A stretch of 64,000 nucleotides of DNA from Amoebidium appalachense (Eukaryota; Protista; Ichthyosporea): positions 6,269,448-6,333,447 of the forward strand of contig CAVNZM010000003.1 in assembly GCA_963693365.1 (NCBI GenBank), written 5' to 3'. The notes beneath the pieces are model-generated. The model was not told where the DNA came from, did not search any database, and worked only from the letters and a program-made list of their open reading frames with translations. The translations under genes were made by a program, and so were the position numbers. Of the stretch, positions 61,722 through 64,000 are shown piece after piece (position 1 is the stretch's first letter; every line of letters begins with the position of its first letter).

Positions 61722-62821
61722 TCTATGAAAACTACTCCGGGACGTGTGTTGCCTCTAGGGGGACATCCCCTTGGACGAAAGTGAACCTGCAATGGTTGTA
61801 AACCACGGCAAGCCCCCAGTCATCAATTTATTGATCCGTGAGGTCCATGTGCCCAAAAAACGGGGGAAGTCTTCGCCCCGTGAAAAAACAGCACGTATGT
61901 GTGGATCAATGGGGGTTGTGTGTGGGTGTAGGTGGGTGGGTGAAAAAGGAATATATAGCTGTAAGGCTGTGGATGCTAAACACAGAAGATGTGTTTGTAG
62001 CTTGCTGATCTGCTAAAAACTGTCGTGCTTATATACCTAAGCCTACCGATCTGAGCCAATCAAAAATCGATCTAGTGATATGTGAAATCTGATCCGAGCC
62101 AATCATAACTCGGTCTAGTGATCTGTGGTATCTGATGTTTTGACTGGCTAATAGGTGCCCGTGTGCGGGCAGCCAACCGCTAACTGCTAAAACACGAAAT
62201 GAAGCCTACATGGTTATGTTGGTACCGAACACCCATCCTACGTGTTTACCCAGAAAAATATTTATGTCAATAATTTCCACAAATAAAACCTCTATGAAAA
62301 CTACTCCGGGACGTGTTTTGCCTCTAGGGGGACATCCCCTTGGACGAAAGTGAACCTGCAATGGTTGTAAACCACGGCACGAGAGCAGTATGCTTGCTCC
62401 AAAGGTTTCACTTAAGAATAGAGGCGAATACACGTGTGGTGGTGGCAGCAATGGAGGCCGGACGAAGTCGGGTATAGATGAATATATAGCTGTAAGGCTG
62501 TGGATGCTAAACACAGAAGATGTGTTTGTAGCTTGCTGATCTGCTAAAAACTGTCGTGCTTATATACCTAAGCCTACCGATCTGAGCCAATCAAAAATCG
62601 ATCTAGTGATATGTGAAATCTGATCCGAGCCAATCATAACTCGGTCTAGTGATCTGTGGTATCTGATGTTTTGACTGGCTAATAGGTGCCCGTGTGCGGG
62701 CAGCCAACCGCTAACTGCTAAAACACGAAATGAAGCCTACATGGTTATGTTGATACCGAACACCCATCCTACGTGTTTACCCAGAAAAATATTTATGTCA
62801 ATAATTTCCACAAATAAAACC
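61722..62821. repeat. Two tandem units (569 and 531 bp) with identical flanks and unrelated central segments
   Basis: TCTATGAAAACTACTCCGGG starts at 61722 and 62291; the centres ~61810-61950 and ~62379-62481 differ. Confidence 0.9.
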
Positions 62822-63180
62822 GAAACGGAAAAAAAAATTAAAGTGTGTACTTTTCCGGGGGGGGGGGGGGGGGGGGGGAAGAAGGGGGGGGGGGAAGGGG
62901 GGGGGGGAAGGGGGGGGGGAAGGGGGGGGGGGGGGAGGGGGGAAGGGGGGGGGGAGGGGGGGAAACCGGGGCAAAAACAACGAATATGTATAACGTGTAT
63001 AGTCGGGGTTTGATTAACTGGGTTTTAAACCAGTGAAAGATAGAGTAGAGTCATGGTACAGGTCAAACCTTATATAAAAACCCTAAGTGGGCATACCCAC
63101 AAAGGCAATATACATCTGAAATAATGATTATGATAAAGTAAGTAGTAAACATTAGAAAATCACTCTTGAAGTAGGACGGG

Positions 63181-64000
63181 TCAATCCACAATATCCGGTA
63201 AACAAAGTCGAGCACGATGGGTGACATGACTCGGGCCGGGGAGGGGTTTGGTGAGGATGTCAGCTAAGTTGTGGGCTGACTCAACGTAGTGGACAATCAC
63301 ATCCCCACTTGCAATGTAGTCCTTGGTGTTGTGATACCGGACGGCAATGTGTTTGGTACGGTGCTTGATGCCGGTGGAGTTGACGATGGCAATGGTCGAC
63401 TGGTTGTCACAGTACACCGGAGTCGGAGCAAGCATGGGGCAGCCGAGTTCCTTGAAGAGGTCACGGACCCAAGCAACTTCTTGGGTGCCAGCATTGAGAG
63501 CAATCAGCTCAGCTTCAGTGGTGCTGGTGGCCGTTATGGGCTGGAGCTTGGAGTACCAGATGATGGGCATACCAGCAAACTCGATGATGTAGCCGGTGGT
63601 AGACTTCTTGCTGTCGGCACAACCAGCAAAGTCAGCATCCGTGTAGCATTCGAGTATGGGGGGCTGGGTGGCCGAGTACTTGTAGTCAATGCCAAGGTCA
63701 ATGGTGCCGAGCAGGTACCGGGCCACACGACGGAGAAGGTCCCAGTGAGTCTTGCCGGGGTTGGTGCTGAACCGACCAAGGAAGCCGATGGCATAGGCAA
63801 TGTCGGGACGTGTGCACCGGGCCACCCAGAGGAGACGGCCGAGTAACTCACGGTAGGGCACGGTGAACGGTTGGGGGGGGCAGTCAGCCAGGGAGACGGT
63901 GGTGCCTGCAGGGATGGGGGTAGACTTGGACTTGGCATCGGTGAGGTTGAAGTCGTGGATGATATCCATGATGTAAGACCTCTGGTGCATGTGGAGGTGA
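63181..64000 (-). CDS. pol: Copia Pol C-terminus (RT end + RNase H), partial
   Basis: YRELLGRLLW..TRPDIAYA, YTDADFAG..KSTTGY, STTEAELIA, YCDNQS, RTKHIAVRYH, NLADILTKPL. Confidence 0.96.
   Translation of the reverse strand, partial: HLHMHQRSYIMDIIHDFNLTDAKSKSTPIPAGTTVSLADCPPQPFTVPYRELLGRLLWVARCTRPDIAYAIGFLGRFSTNPGKTHWDLLRRVARYLLGTIDLGIDYKYSATQPPILECYTDADFAGCADSKKSTTGYIIEFAGMPIIWYSKLQPITATSTTEAELIALNAGTQEVAWVRDLFKELGCPMLAPTPVYCDNQSTIAIVNSTGIKHRTKHIAVRYHNTKDYIASGDVIVHYVESAHNLADILTKPLPGPSHVTHRARLCLPDIVD

Larger units (their letters stand above)
60724..64000 (-). mobile_element. Ty1/copia LTR retrotransposon, 3' part (putative 3' LTR 61648-60724)
   Basis: RT/RNase H ORF, minus-strand PPT-like AAGTGGGGA followed by TGTTG.., ending ..TTTAACA. 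LTR limits are inferred from a single copy. Confidence 0.75.

Overview
Repeat-rich eukaryotic genomic DNA, shown by a spliceosomal GT-AG intron-containing host gene, microsatellites and G-tracts. It carries a fragmented giant endogenous viral element (Nucleocytoviricota-like) in two blocks, ~0.56-17.2 kb and ~32.6-38.0 kb. The viral blocks encode a fused H2B-H2A histone doublet, PCNA, a YqaJ-type nuclease, a SLATT-like 2TM protein, conserved NCLDV hypothetical proteins, a gp5/VgrG-like beta-helix spike, a C5 DNA methyltransferase, the RNR small subunit and a DEDDh exonuclease. Block 1 holds an IS607 element (serine recombinase plus Fanzor2/TnpB with overlapping frames). Both frames are broken by a 43-bp tandem duplication, and a second orphan copy of its omegaRNA/right end with a different guide lies 3.2 kb downstream. 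Between the blocks are a KilA-N gene, an intron-containing MSV199-like gene, satellites and a very young chromodomain Ty3/gypsy element whose mismatched flanks suggest it marks a rearrangement junction. The right third is host-like: a two-exon uroporphyrinogen-III methyltransferase and nested TEs (split LTR with a TIR element, piggyBac with a solo LTR, LINE fragment, degenerate gypsy, copia with a constant-variable-constant tandem cassette). All family assignments come from motifs recognised by eye; no database searches were run.
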